From the IMG/VR virus record IMGVR_UViG_3300045988_089680, positions 1 to 64,000 of that record: DNA of 64,000 nt; one strand, 5' to 3'. Below are positions 17,254 through 27,100 of the stretch, in pieces. Position 1 is the stretch's first letter. The number at the start of each line of letters is the position of its first letter. Below the pieces are notes generated by a model. It searched no databases and was not told the origin of the DNA. It was given only the letters and a program-made list of their open reading frames with translations. This DNA comes from a virus. The translations under genes and the position numbers were made by a program.

Positions 17254-17523
17254 ATGAAGCAGACAATAAACGTATCAAGCAAAGCAGAGATTAAAGCAGC
17301 AGTAACAAGCCAATTCTGTAAAGGTTGTTATAATTACTTTGAAGGTGAAATTAGAAACGGAAATCGTTATGCGAGAGTATCATATTATCATACAAACAAT
17401 AAGCTTCAGATACAAGTAACATATTGGGAAGATGGAAAGGATAAAGCTGTAGACTGTGCTTCTCATTGTTCCTCACCCAGTGGATTGACCCAAAAAGTAT
17501 CTAAATTCTTGAATGTAAAATAA
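17254..17523 (+). CDS. hypothetical protein
   Basis: 89-aa ORF preceded by aaaaataagagcaatg. Confidence 0.45.
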   Translation: MKQTINVSSKAEIKAAVTSQFCKGCYNYFEGEIRNGNRYARVSYYHTNNKLQIQVTYWEDGKDKAVDCASHCSSPSGLTQKVSKFLNVK

Positions 17524-17536
17524 AAAAATAAGAGCA

Positions 17537-18211
17537 ATGGATATGATAAGTAATTTGGTTGCAGAGGAAAAACCAGAATATAAGATAAAGGAAAGTGGAG
17601 ATTTTTCATCACTTACATCAGTTGAATTATTAGCAATATTGTTTGGCAAGAGTTCGACATCAACTCTTCAAAAGGCAAGGGGTATTCTTAATCTAACAGA
17701 TGGTAGTATAAGAGGTATCTCTAAACTTACTACGAAACAGATAAGAGAAGTAACGAATTTCACAGAACAAAAGGCTAATGCTGTCCTTGCAGCATGCGAA
17801 CTTGGACGAAGAGCGCAAATAGAAGAATCCAATAATATCAACCTCGGTAGTGCATATGGCATATACAACTTCATGAAGCCACGAATAGGTAGATTAGACC
17901 ATGAAGAAGTTTGGGTAATGCTAATGGATAACGCCTTTAATCTAAAGAAGGTAAAAAAGATAAGCAGCGGAGGACTTACAGAAACTGCATTTGATGTGCG
18001 TGTTATTTTAAAAGAAGCACTTCTCAATAATTCTACAGTGATAGCCGTTGCACATAATCATCCAAGTGGTAATAAAAGACCAAGCAAAGATGATGATGGA
18101 GTAACACGGAAGCTACAACAAGCATGTGACACCATGAGAATAAAACTGATAGACCATGTAATCGTAACAGATTTAGGTTATTATAGTTTCTCAGAAGAAG
18201 GTAAACTATAA
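17537..18211 (+). CDS. radC: RadC-like JAB/MPN-domain protein
   Basis: JAMM motif AVAHNHPSGNKRPSKDD, plus an N-terminal helix-hairpin-helix-like region. Confidence 0.75.
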   Translation: MDMISNLVAEEKPEYKIKESGDFSSLTSVELLAILFGKSSTSTLQKARGILNLTDGSIRGISKLTTKQIREVTNFTEQKANAVLAACELGRRAQIEESNNINLGSAYGIYNFMKPRIGRLDHEEVWVMLMDNAFNLKKVKKISSGGLTETAFDVRVILKEALLNNSTVIAVAHNHPSGNKRPSKDDDGVTRKLQQACDTMRIKLIDHVIVTDLGYYSFSEEGKL

Positions 18212-18240
18212 TTCTCTAGAACAGCAAATTTTCTTCAAAA

Positions 18241-18280
18241 AATGTTTGCTATTCAAATATTTTTAAGTATATTTGCAAAC
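18241..18280 (+). promoter_or_regulatory. conserved 40-bp promoter module, copy 3 (head operon)
   Basis: Sequence aatgTTTGctattcaaatatttttaagTAtaTTTGcaaac. Confidence 0.6.
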
Positions 18281-18294
18281 AAAAGCGTGTGAAG

Positions 18295-19125
18295 ATGCAC
18301 GTGACAGAACCGTTCGTAATCATTGCTCAATTTATATCGGGTTCTAATAACGATGGTCTGCCTGCATTAACGCTCGCAGACCATTTTTATTTAATCACAA
18401 AAGCAATGAATAAGTATTTAAGAAAGGTTCTTGAAATGCTGAAAACCAACAAGGACATTAAGGCATTGGGGTTCAGCCGTAGAGAGTTAAAGGGTATCGC
18501 TGCCAATGTTGCCGATAAACTGAAACTCGAAGAAGATGCTACTGACGAAGATGTTAGTGAAGCAATCAGTAATGCAATTGATGATGTCTTGCCATTACTG
18601 AAACTCACTCAATCGGCAGTAGACCGCCAAGTCCAAGATTACAAACGCTCTACAGATGACGACCCAGATGACGACCCAGATGACGACCCAGAGCCAAATC
18701 GTACTAGTCCATCAAAGAAGAATCCCAAGAGCAAAAAGGATAGCGATGATGCAGATTCCGCTACCCTAGCTGCACTCAAAGAACTGAAGGAGGTAGTCAC
18801 AGCTTTACAAGGTGAGGTTAGCACACTTAAAGCTGGTAATACAACTAACAGCAGACGCACTAAAGTTGAGAAATTACTATCCGATACAGGTAAGTTCGGA
18901 GAAAGACAGCTGAAAGCCTTCTCTCGTATGAGTTTCAAGGATGAAGAGGAATTTGAAGAGTATCTCGAAGACCTAAAAGAGGACATTGAGGCAGAGAACC
19001 AAGAAAGAGCCGATCGTGGTCTTGGAAAGCTCGGAAATATTCCTGCTCCAGACAAGAATCAAAACAACAACAAGGAGGAAGAATTAATGTCAGATGAGGA
19101 CGTCAAAAAGTTGGCTCAGATGTAA
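18295..19125 (+). CDS. putative scaffolding protein (start uncertain; M at 18406 is an alternative)
   Basis: Acidic, helical protein with a (DDDP)3 repeat. It sits just upstream of the decoration-like and capsid genes. Confidence 0.4.
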   Translation: MHVTEPFVIIAQFISGSNNDGLPALTLADHFYLITKAMNKYLRKVLEMLKTNKDIKALGFSRRELKGIAANVADKLKLEEDATDEDVSEAISNAIDDVLPLLKLTQSAVDRQVQDYKRSTDDDPDDDPDDDPEPNRTSPSKKNPKSKKDSDDADSATLAALKELKEVVTALQGEVSTLKAGNTTNSRRTKVEKLLSDTGKFGERQLKAFSRMSFKDEEEFEEYLEDLKEDIEAENQERADRGLGKLGNIPAPDKNQNNNKEEELMSDEDVKKLAQM

Positions 19126-19156
19126 TCATCTATTGTTTAACTTTAAAAAAGCAAAC

Positions 19157-19570
19157 ATGTCAGTTTACGAAAATTACGAACCAGATCGAAAGAAGTTTGA
19201 CTCGGGTATGGATGCAGTCGTAATCCGTCAGTATAACGGAGGAATCACTGGCGGCCGTGCCCTTGATTACACTGGCTTCATTGACGAGGTTATTAAGGCT
19301 GGCCACCTAGTAGTAAAAAAGGAAGTCGATGGTGTCTACGAATACAAGCCACTCGCAATCGAAGCAAGTACGGGTAAGTATCAAGCCATTCCTGCCGATG
19401 GTACACTGCCTGCAGGTGTTGTTGTGCGTTCTCGCCTAAAGGGTGAGGCTGTAGCAATCATGGACGATGGTCGTGTTAATGATGCTGCAATGCCTTATCA
19501 GTTTAAGGACGAAGACCAGAGAACTGCTTTCAAGACAGCTCTACCAAATCTTATTTTCGAGCACGATTAA
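19157..19570 (+). CDS. putative head decoration/cement-like protein
   Basis: 137 aa, located between the scaffold and major capsid genes (lambda D-like position). I used the ATG at 19157. Confidence 0.35.
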   Translation: MSVYENYEPDRKKFDSGMDAVVIRQYNGGITGGRALDYTGFIDEVIKAGHLVVKKEVDGVYEYKPLAIEASTGKYQAIPADGTLPAGVVVRSRLKGEAVAIMDDGRVNDAAMPYQFKDEDQRTAFKTALPNLIFEHD

Positions 19571-19608
19571 ATAGTGCTCTAGTGTTAAATTAATAATTGC
19601 ACAAAAGT

Positions 19609-20967
19609 ATGCATGAATCTCTTTTTATTCAGTTTATAAGGGCAATCTTTCCTAAGCTCAGTCTGTACGTAAAGGAGAAGGAGACCCCAAAAAACCGTAC
19701 ATATCTATTCAAGAAGATGTTGCGTGAGGTCTACTCTGCAGACCAGAAGTGGGAAGGAACATCAGCAAACACCACTTATGTTGCTGCTGACATTGTGGAG
19801 ATGGATTCTCCTTTGCCATTGAAGAAACGTGGTTCTATAGCCACATCAAATGGCAAGCTACCGAAGATTGCCATGAAAAAAACTCTTTTGGAGTCAGACA
19901 TCAACAATGTCAACATTATGAAAGCGCAGTATGAGAATTTGGTAACGAAAGCCAATACCCTCCAAGCGCAAGGTCTTGTAGAGCAAGCAGCGGCAGCAAA
20001 ACAAGCAGCAGACAATGCAAAAGCTCGTATCATCAACAAACTCATGAATGATGGCGTAGCTTGTTCTGTGGGTATCGAAGAACGTAACGAATTGAACTTT
20101 TTGGCAGGTCTCTCCAATGGTATCATAGCTGTTGAGGACGAGGACAATTCGGGAAAGGCAATACGTGTCAATTATGGTTATTTGCCAGCTAACAGCTTCC
20201 GTACAGCAACAAATGGAGTAACCACAAGAGACGACTTCGAGAAGATATTCGAGAAAGCAAATGCTGATGGCAACACCATCATAAAGGTATTGCTTGCAAA
20301 GAATCAGTTGAAGAAAATCCGTAAGGAACAGTGGGCGAAGGAACTCGTTGCTGACTATGAAGGCAAGACATACACAGAGGAGTCCAAGTTGAAAACCCCA
20401 TCAGAAAGCTCTTTCTCAGAAGCCTTTGAGGACGAGTTCGGTGCTTCAATTGAGACAGTTAACCGAACGGTTGTCATTGAAAAGAATGGCAAACAGCATT
20501 CAGTAAAGCCTTGGAATGAGAACAATATTATCTTTATATGTAACGAAGAGGTAGGTTCACTTGTATGGGGTACACTCGCAGAATCCACAAACCCTGTAGA
20601 AGGTGTAAAGTACAGCACCGTAGATTCGTACAAGCTTATCTCTAAGTACTCAAAGAATGAGCCTTCTTTGCAGGAGGTAACATCAGGGCAGGCTCTCATA
20701 CTTCCTGTTATCGAAGACGTAGACCAGATATATATGCTATCTACAAAGTCAGAAGAGGTAGATGAGGAAGCAGAGAAAACCGACACTTCCGACGAGTACA
20801 CCACCTATAAAGGTAAAAAGTACAAGAAAACCGACCTTATCTCAGCTTTAAAAGCTGTAGGTGCAAATGTCAAGTCAAATTCTACGGACGAGACTTTGGT
20901 AAAGGCACTGAACGCACTTAGTGATGAAGACGAGGAGGCTCTTCTTTCACAGTTAACTGAACAGTAA
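19609..20967 (+). CDS. major capsid protein with an acidic linker and C-terminal HeH/Rho_N-like motif
   Basis: About 452 aa in the canonical capsid position. The C-terminus reads KKTDLISALKAVGANV...TLVKALNALSDED. Confidence 0.6.
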   Translation: MHESLFIQFIRAIFPKLSLYVKEKETPKNRTYLFKKMLREVYSADQKWEGTSANTTYVAADIVEMDSPLPLKKRGSIATSNGKLPKIAMKKTLLESDINNVNIMKAQYENLVTKANTLQAQGLVEQAAAAKQAADNAKARIINKLMNDGVACSVGIEERNELNFLAGLSNGIIAVEDEDNSGKAIRVNYGYLPANSFRTATNGVTTRDDFEKIFEKANADGNTIIKVLLAKNQLKKIRKEQWAKELVADYEGKTYTEESKLKTPSESSFSEAFEDEFGASIETVNRTVVIEKNGKQHSVKPWNENNIIFICNEEVGSLVWGTLAESTNPVEGVKYSTVDSYKLISKYSKNEPSLQEVTSGQALILPVIEDVDQIYMLSTKSEEVDEEAEKTDTSDEYTTYKGKKYKKTDLISALKAVGANVKSNSTDETLVKALNALSDEDEEALLSQLTEQ

Positions 20968-20979
20968 ATTTGAATTACA

Positions 20980-21303
20980 ATGAAGACAATAAAGCAAGCA
21001 TTGATTGATGAAATCCACTACCCTATCCCTTTAGGATTCGTGGAGAATAAGCTGATTGAGCGTCAGCTTGATGGTGACGATGATTATACATTCGAGGTCG
21101 CCCAGTCCAAGGAATGGAAAGGTGCGCTTGCTGATTGTCTGTACTCTCTCATACAAGCTGTAAGCTTATCCGAGTCAGACAAGAGCATTGGAACACTGTC
21201 TGACAAGGATAAGGAAAGGCTGTTAGTACGAATAAATGCTTTATACAGAACCATCGGTGAATCCCCTGCACTGGGTCAACCGATGGTTTATATAGGAGGT
21301 TAA
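20980..21303 (+). CDS. putative head-tail adaptor
   Basis: 107 aa. Called by position after the capsid gene. Confidence 0.35.
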   Translation: MKTIKQALIDEIHYPIPLGFVENKLIERQLDGDDDYTFEVAQSKEWKGALADCLYSLIQAVSLSESDKSIGTLSDKDKERLLVRINALYRTIGESPALGQPMVYIGG

Positions 21304-21306
21304 GAT

Positions 21307-21639
21307 ATGGCTGTATTGGATTTCGCTGCTCATACCCTAGATTACCTACACGTAACTGACGGGTATGAAGACAATAACGGAGACTATGTTCAAGGCTCAG
21401 AAGAATGGGTGGAGAACTATTGTAAATGTGATATTGTTCCTGCTGGCAAGGCAAACGTTATCACTATCCCCGATGGTTCTGCTAAGAACTATTCCTACAC
21501 CATCTACAACCTTCCTAGAGCATGCCGCGATTTCGAGTATGGAGACAAAATCCGTGTAAAGCTCTTCGGAAACGAAGTGAAGGAATTTGTCGTACTCGGC
21601 TTTCATCGTTATCAACTGCAATGTAAAATATGGGTATAA
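21307..21639 (+). CDS. putative head closure protein
   Basis: 110 aa. Called by position. Confidence 0.3.
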   Translation: MAVLDFAAHTLDYLHVTDGYEDNNGDYVQGSEEWVENYCKCDIVPAGKANVITIPDGSAKNYSYTIYNLPRACRDFEYGDKIRVKLFGNEVKEFVVLGFHRYQLQCKIWV

Positions 21640-22112
21640 AACTCTCAACCTCTCAGTCTGCGCTCAATAACTTTTTTCAGTCCGCTATGGCGATAATAAA
21701 GCAAGAAATCCTCACTGCTTATGCCAAGTTAGGAGAAGAATGTAATGCAAGGATAAGAGACCGCTCGGCAGAGGAAAGTTGGATAGACCATACAGGAAAC
21801 CTACGAAGCTCCATCGGTTACGCCATCTTTGACTACGGAAGGAAACAAATAGAATCAGCCTTTGCTTCCATAGGAAATGGTTCTAATGGTTCACAAGAAG
21901 GAAGACAAATGATAGCTGACCTAGCAAAGGAATACTCACAGGTTTACGCATTGGTAGTAGTCGCGGCTATGAACTATGCAGACTTTGTAGAAGCTAAAGA
22001 AAATAAAGATGTGCTTGCATCCACTGAGTTATGGGCTCGTTCTGTCGTTGATGGTAAACTAAAGCTCGCTGTGGATAAAGCTGTAAGTAGAATCAATCAG
22101 ATAAGGCTATGA
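21630..22112 (+). CDS. HK97 gp10-family tail-completion-type protein
   Basis: The HTGNLRSSIGY motif is typical of the HK97 gp10 family. Confidence 0.5.
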   Translation: MGIKLSTSQSALNNFFQSAMAIIKQEILTAYAKLGEECNARIRDRSAEESWIDHTGNLRSSIGYAIFDYGRKQIESAFASIGNGSNGSQEGRQMIADLAKEYSQVYALVVVAAMNYADFVEAKENKDVLASTELWARSVVDGKLKLAVDKAVSRINQIRL

Positions 22113-22528
22113 AATCGGATATTGACATCAAGGATGATGTGTACAACATTATCTCTTCTTCGAAATTAAAGACTGCAGTAACAGGTAGTCTTTGTAAGCG
22201 AGGAAGACCATACAATGGCACAGGTAAGACTGGCAAGGAAGATATTTGTATCTCCATCTTAGCTAACAGAACTTCGCAGATACAAGAAGCTTTCGTGAAT
22301 GTAAACATCTACGTTCAAGACCAGACCACCACCAAGAAAGGCAATATCCAAAAGGAAGAGAACACGGCAAGGCTTCGTGAGTTATGTCAACTCTCTTTCT
22401 CTATCTTCGAAGCGGTTCATGGATCAGATTTCCGCTTATCCATGAACGAACAAAGGGTAATAGCTTGCGAGGGCACAAGTGAGCACATCATTAATAACAA
22501 ATTATTGTACCAAACCATAAACGATTAA
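22109..22528 (+). CDS. putative tail terminator
   Basis: 139 aa. Called by position. It overlaps the upstream stop. Confidence 0.3.
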   Translation: MKSDIDIKDDVYNIISSSKLKTAVTGSLCKRGRPYNGTGKTGKEDICISILANRTSQIQEAFVNVNIYVQDQTTTKKGNIQKEENTARLRELCQLSFSIFEAVHGSDFRLSMNEQRVIACEGTSEHIINNKLLYQTIND

Positions 22529-22532
22529 GATT

Positions 22533-23135
22533 ATGTCAGTAATTACATGGGGAAAGCCATCCATCTATGTTCGTGACCTTAGTGCTTCAACCAACAACTG
22601 GAAGAAGCTTGATACTCCAAAGGAGGACACTACTCAGTTGAACCCTACCAAGGGTGATACAACAGAAGCTAAGGAGGAAGGTGGCGGTATTGTCGATTCC
22701 AAGACAGCTAAGTCTACCTACGAACTCGTTTATCAAGAGTTCATCAAGAAGGGCTTATCTCAGCCTTTCCCTACCATTGATGGACTTATCGAAGGAAACT
22801 ACGCTATCGCTGTTCAGCCGGAAGATGCAGAGAACCCTGGTTGCTATATCGGAAAGTCAACAGTAAGCGTGGAGGAGTCATATTCTTCAGCGGATGGTGC
22901 TTTGATGCAGTACACCCACAAGGCTCTTGTGCCAGAGGGTGACGAAGTAGCAAAGACCACCAACAATAAGGGTGAGACCGTATATTGCCAGTTCCGTTGG
23001 CGCATCATCACAGCCAAGAAGGCTAAGGGAAAGACAGACGAATACGTTCTCACATTCAAGCATCCTGCAGGTGCTACAGACACATCAACGGAAATAACCG
23101 TTCCAACAAACGGACAAATCGAAGGTGACGTTTAA
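22533..23135 (+). CDS. putative major tail protein
   Basis: 200 aa. It is the last gene before the chaperone/tape-measure block. Confidence 0.45.
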   Translation: MSVITWGKPSIYVRDLSASTNNWKKLDTPKEDTTQLNPTKGDTTEAKEEGGGIVDSKTAKSTYELVYQEFIKKGLSQPFPTIDGLIEGNYAIAVQPEDAENPGCYIGKSTVSVEESYSSADGALMQYTHKALVPEGDEVAKTTNNKGETVYCQFRWRIITAKKAKGKTDEYVLTFKHPAGATDTSTEITVPTNGQIEGDV

Positions 23136-23194
23136 GGCAATATGTTGATTTCTTCTCTCCCTTCTGCCGATTGAGGGTTATCAGTCGGCAATCT

Positions 23195-23304
23195 ACCCAA
23201 GTAGCTCAGTTGGTTAGATTGCGAGACCAAATCCTGTCCTGTAAAATCCAGTTGGTCTTTAAAAAGATGGTTGAGAGACGCAGGTTCGAGTCCTGCCTTG
23301 GGTG
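23195..23304 (+). ncRNA. 110-nt aberrant tRNA-like element
   Basis: Perfect acceptor stem acccaag/cttgggt, a canonical 5' D region tagctcagttggtta, and a canonical T arm gcagg-TTCGAGT-cctgc. The middle 60 nt contain no 5-bp/7-nt anticodon arm (I checked every register). Instead there is a 7-bp stem agaccaa/ttggtct with a 21-nt loop. Confidence 0.4.
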
Positions 23305-23324
23305 CTAACAAATTTTATTGGCTT

Positions 23325-24047
23325 ATGAAGAATGACATCGAAATTGGCACAAAGATAGCCATGGTGTTAACAGATACACCTATAGGCATACAGGTAGGTA
23401 GAAGACACATGTTTATCTACCCTCAGACTTTAGGCAAAATGTATTTGACTGCTCCATTGATTAAGCAGATGGGAATCAAAGATGATAACCTAAAACTGAA
23501 TCCACTCATAGAAGCACTCCGTGTAGTAAGTGAGAACCGAAGTATCTGCTGTAAGCTAATAGCCTATCATACCCTTCAGAAGAAATCCGATATGCTAAGT
23601 TCACGCATACTGAAGGCAAGGGAAAACATCATCTTCAAGTTCTGTGATAACGATGATATAGCTACCCTTCTCATCACCATACTCTCAGACAACAAACTTC
23701 ATGACATTATCACAGAATGTGGTATAGACAAGCAAGCACAACGCATGGAGAAAATAAACAGAGCCAAAGACTCCAGTAATCAGTATATATTTGGTGGAAG
23801 AACCATTTGGGGCTCTCTCATTGATGCAGCTTGCGAGAGATACAAGTGGACCCTTGACTATGTTCTGTGGGAAATATCATATAACAACCTCACACTCATG
23901 ATGAAGGACAAGATAACTTCCGTCTATCTATCTGACGAGGAGAGAAAGAAGGCTCACATTCCATCGGCAACAGAGAAGGTCTTTAGCGGAGATAACAAAG
24001 AGGACATCATGGAGCTGATCAGACAGAGCGAAGAGAATCCAATTTAA
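23325..24047 (+). CDS. putative tail assembly chaperone
   Basis: 240 aa immediately upstream of the tape measure. I moved the start off the tRNA-like overlap. Confidence 0.3.
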   Translation: MKNDIEIGTKIAMVLTDTPIGIQVGRRHMFIYPQTLGKMYLTAPLIKQMGIKDDNLKLNPLIEALRVVSENRSICCKLIAYHTLQKKSDMLSSRILKARENIIFKFCDNDDIATLLITILSDNKLHDIITECGIDKQAQRMEKINRAKDSSNQYIFGGRTIWGSLIDAACERYKWTLDYVLWEISYNNLTLMMKDKITSVYLSDEERKKAHIPSATEKVFSGDNKEDIMELIRQSEENPI

Positions 24048-24128
24048 CCTCCAACACTAACAAGAAAAAAGTAAAGAATAAAGGTTTGAAATAGGAGGTG
24101 CACCTTTACGTAATTGACAGAATAAAAA

Positions 24129-27100
24129 ATGCCAGGTTTAAAGTTTGACATAACAGGAGATAATTCAGCTGTACTGAGAGCCTTTAAGGGTGTGCAAGAT
24201 GGTGTGGCACAGACAGCAAGAGTAGTCGAGCAGCAGGGTCAGAGCATTGAGAATGTTTTCAATCGCATCAAGTCTGTTGCATCGGTAGCTGTTGCTGGCT
24301 TTACGGCAAAGGAAATCATCAGCACACTGGGTACTGTCCGAGGAGAGTTTCAGCAGTTTGAGATTGCCTTTGAAACCATGCTCGGTAGCGGGCAGAAGGC
24401 AAAGGGAATGATTTCGGACCTCGCCAACCTTGCTGCTTCTACACCTTTTGACATGAAGGGTGTGGTAGATGGAGCAAAGCAGCTCCTTGCATACGGATTT
24501 GCAGCCAACGAGATTACCGATACCATGAGAAGACTCGGTGATGTATCTGCAGGATTGGGATTGAACCTTCAAGACCTCACATGGCTCTATGGTACCACGA
24601 TGGTGCAAGGTCGATTGTTCACAAGAGACTTGATGCAATTTACAGGTCGCGGTATTCCTTTGACAGAGGAACTTGCCAAGCAGTTCGGAGTTACCAAGGA
24701 TAAGGTTTCGGAATTGGTGACCGCAGGTAAGGTTGGTTTCCCCGAAGTCAAGAAGGCTATCGAAAGCCTTACCAATGAGGGTGGTAAGTTCGGTGGATTG
24801 ATGGAAAAGCAATCTCACTCTATTACTGGTCAGGTAAGCAATATTAAAGATACTATCGAAATGGCTATCAATGACCTTGGCACTCAGACAGAAGGCTTGA
24901 TGAATGATGCTTTGGACATCACATCTACGGTTATTGACCATTGGAAGGAGATAGGTGAGGTTATCCTTGCAGCCGCATCTGCCATCGGTCTTTATAAGGC
25001 AATGGCGGTAAGTGTAGCAGCCTTTGATACAGCTACAGCAAATGTAGGCTATGCGGCTGAGTTGTCAGCCCTTGACGCATTACTTCCAAAGAAGGAAGAA
25101 GTAAAGAAGACAGACCTTGAAGAAGCAGTAGCCAAAGGTCAGTTATCAGCAGCACAGGCGGAATTGGTAGCATCCAAGCGTGAAGAGGTTGCAGCTTACG
25201 TTGCCGAATTGCAAACCAAGGCAAAGGTTATGCAAGACGAGGTTCACGTATTGGAGAATAAGCTTGCGCTACAAGATAACGAAGTACAATCACTCCAAGA
25301 TGCTTATGATGCCCTTGACGATTATGTATCAGCAGAAGTCAGAGATACGGCAGCAACAAACCTCAATACGGCAGCAAACGAAAGAAACAATATAGCAAAC
25401 CAACTTAAAGCAGCAAGAGAGAAAGCTGCAACGGCTGCAACCAATGCCAATACAGCATCCCAAGGATTGAATACCGCAGCGACAGCTCGCGATACAGCAA
25501 CCAAAGGAATATGGGCACAGGTTACTCTCTTATGCGAGAAAGCACAGAGGGCATGGAATGCTTCTATGTTCTCTAGTCCATTATTTTTGATAGCAGCTGC
25601 CATAGTAGCTACTACATATGCTGTGTATAAGCTTGCTACTGCAGAATCGGCTCACGAAGCAGCCGTAAGAAAATCCAATGAAGCATGGGATGAGTTCGAT
25701 AACAAGGTTAAAGAACGTCAGCAGAATATAGAAAGCCTTATCAGAACCATACAATCTGAAACGGCAACGGAATTCGAGAAAGCAGAAGCCTACCAAAAGC
25801 TCTCTAATCTCGCTCCTCAACTTACAGATCAGTATGACCAAGCTGCCATAGCTTCTCTTGACTTTTCTAAGGCCCAAAAGGAAGTGGCAGAAAGCATGGA
25901 TGAGTCAAAATACGACAAAGCCGTAGAAGATGTAAAAAAATACAAAGATGAAGTAAGCAAACTCCAGCAATTATTATCAAGTGATGCAAAGTACAACGGA
26001 GGAGGTCAAGGAATACTACTCAGTCGTCAATTAGAGACAGCAGAAGCAGCATTAGATCGTGCAGAGGACAGACTCAATAATATCATTTCCCTACGTAATC
26101 AAGCTGCCGAAAACGCAAAGCCTATAGAGGTTCGCTTGCAAGAAGCGCAGGAGAACGAGAGTGTTCGTCAAGAAATCTTTGACTTCTACGATGAAGCTAT
26201 GACGCTAGCTAACGACTGGCAATCAGCCAACGAAACCATCAACTACGCCACTGGCGAGAGTAGATTGGACGCATTCATCAATAAAGCTCAGATGGAAATA
26301 GCAGATCTTCGTGAAGACATTAAGAAGAATCCAGCTGATCTGAATCTCCGCATGCAGGAGTCTGAGAAAACAAAGGTTCTGGACAACCTCTTAGCGATGA
26401 AGCGTAATTGGGCGGTTACTGGCGCAACAACCATTCCTTTGATTTTTAGGGCTCAATGGAACACCGCCAAACAATCCCTCAATCAAGCCAAAACAAAGGC
26501 ACAAGCGTTGGTTAATGCGGGTTCTACGGAAACCTACCAGCAATCTTACAACAAGGCGCAGCGAAAATACTACGCAGCCCAAAAGAAGGTTGCTGCTATG
26601 GAGAAAAATAAGAGCAAATACACCACTGCTCAGTACGAAACCGCCATCCAAGACTTGAAAGCAGCCAAGGATGCCTACTCTAAGCTAGGTGGTGATGTAA
26701 GTGGGAATGCAGCGAAGGCAGCAGCAACGGCACGTAAGACTCGCATCAAGGAGGTAAACCAAGCTATCAAGGTCCGGGAGGAGTTGAACAACCGCTTGAA
26801 GGCTTTGCAGCAGAAAAATACTGACGAGACTATCTCCCTTATGCAGGAAGGCACGGAGAAGAAGCTTGCTCAAATCAAGAATGACTATGCCAAGCGCAAA
26901 GCCGAGATTGACAAGCAGGAAGCCGAGTTCAAGAAGAAGAACAAGGAAGCTGGCAAGAAAGAAGCCCTTACTTCTGCTCAGTCTAATGCTCTCAGTAAGG
27001 CAAGAGACCTCGCTACCCAAGAATACAACAAGAAGCTTGATGAGGTCAACAGGGAAGCCCTCACCTCTATGCGCGACTACTTGAAGGAGTATGGTTCTCT

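Noticed and set aside
18655-18690. Tandem 12-bp DNA repeat (gatgacgaccca x3).
   Set aside because: It lies in frame within the scaffold-like CDS and encodes (DDDP)3. I read it as a coding low-complexity repeat, not a regulatory element.
23271-23324. N-terminal extension of ORF 23271-24047.
   Set aside because: It overlaps the T arm and acceptor of the tRNA-like element, so I preferred the ATG at 23325.
23325-24128. Programmed -1 frameshift producing a G/GT-like chaperone pair upstream of the tape measure.
   Set aside because: Only one ORF is present. I could not identify a slippery heptamer with an overlapping downstream frame, so the claim is not supportable by eye.
24165-24941. 258-aa minus-strand ORF, plus several other minus or alternate-frame ORFs between 24587 and 29143.
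   Set aside because: All lie entirely inside the 1703-aa tape-measure CDS. They have low-complexity composition and no start context, so I treat them as shadow ORFs of a long biased gene.
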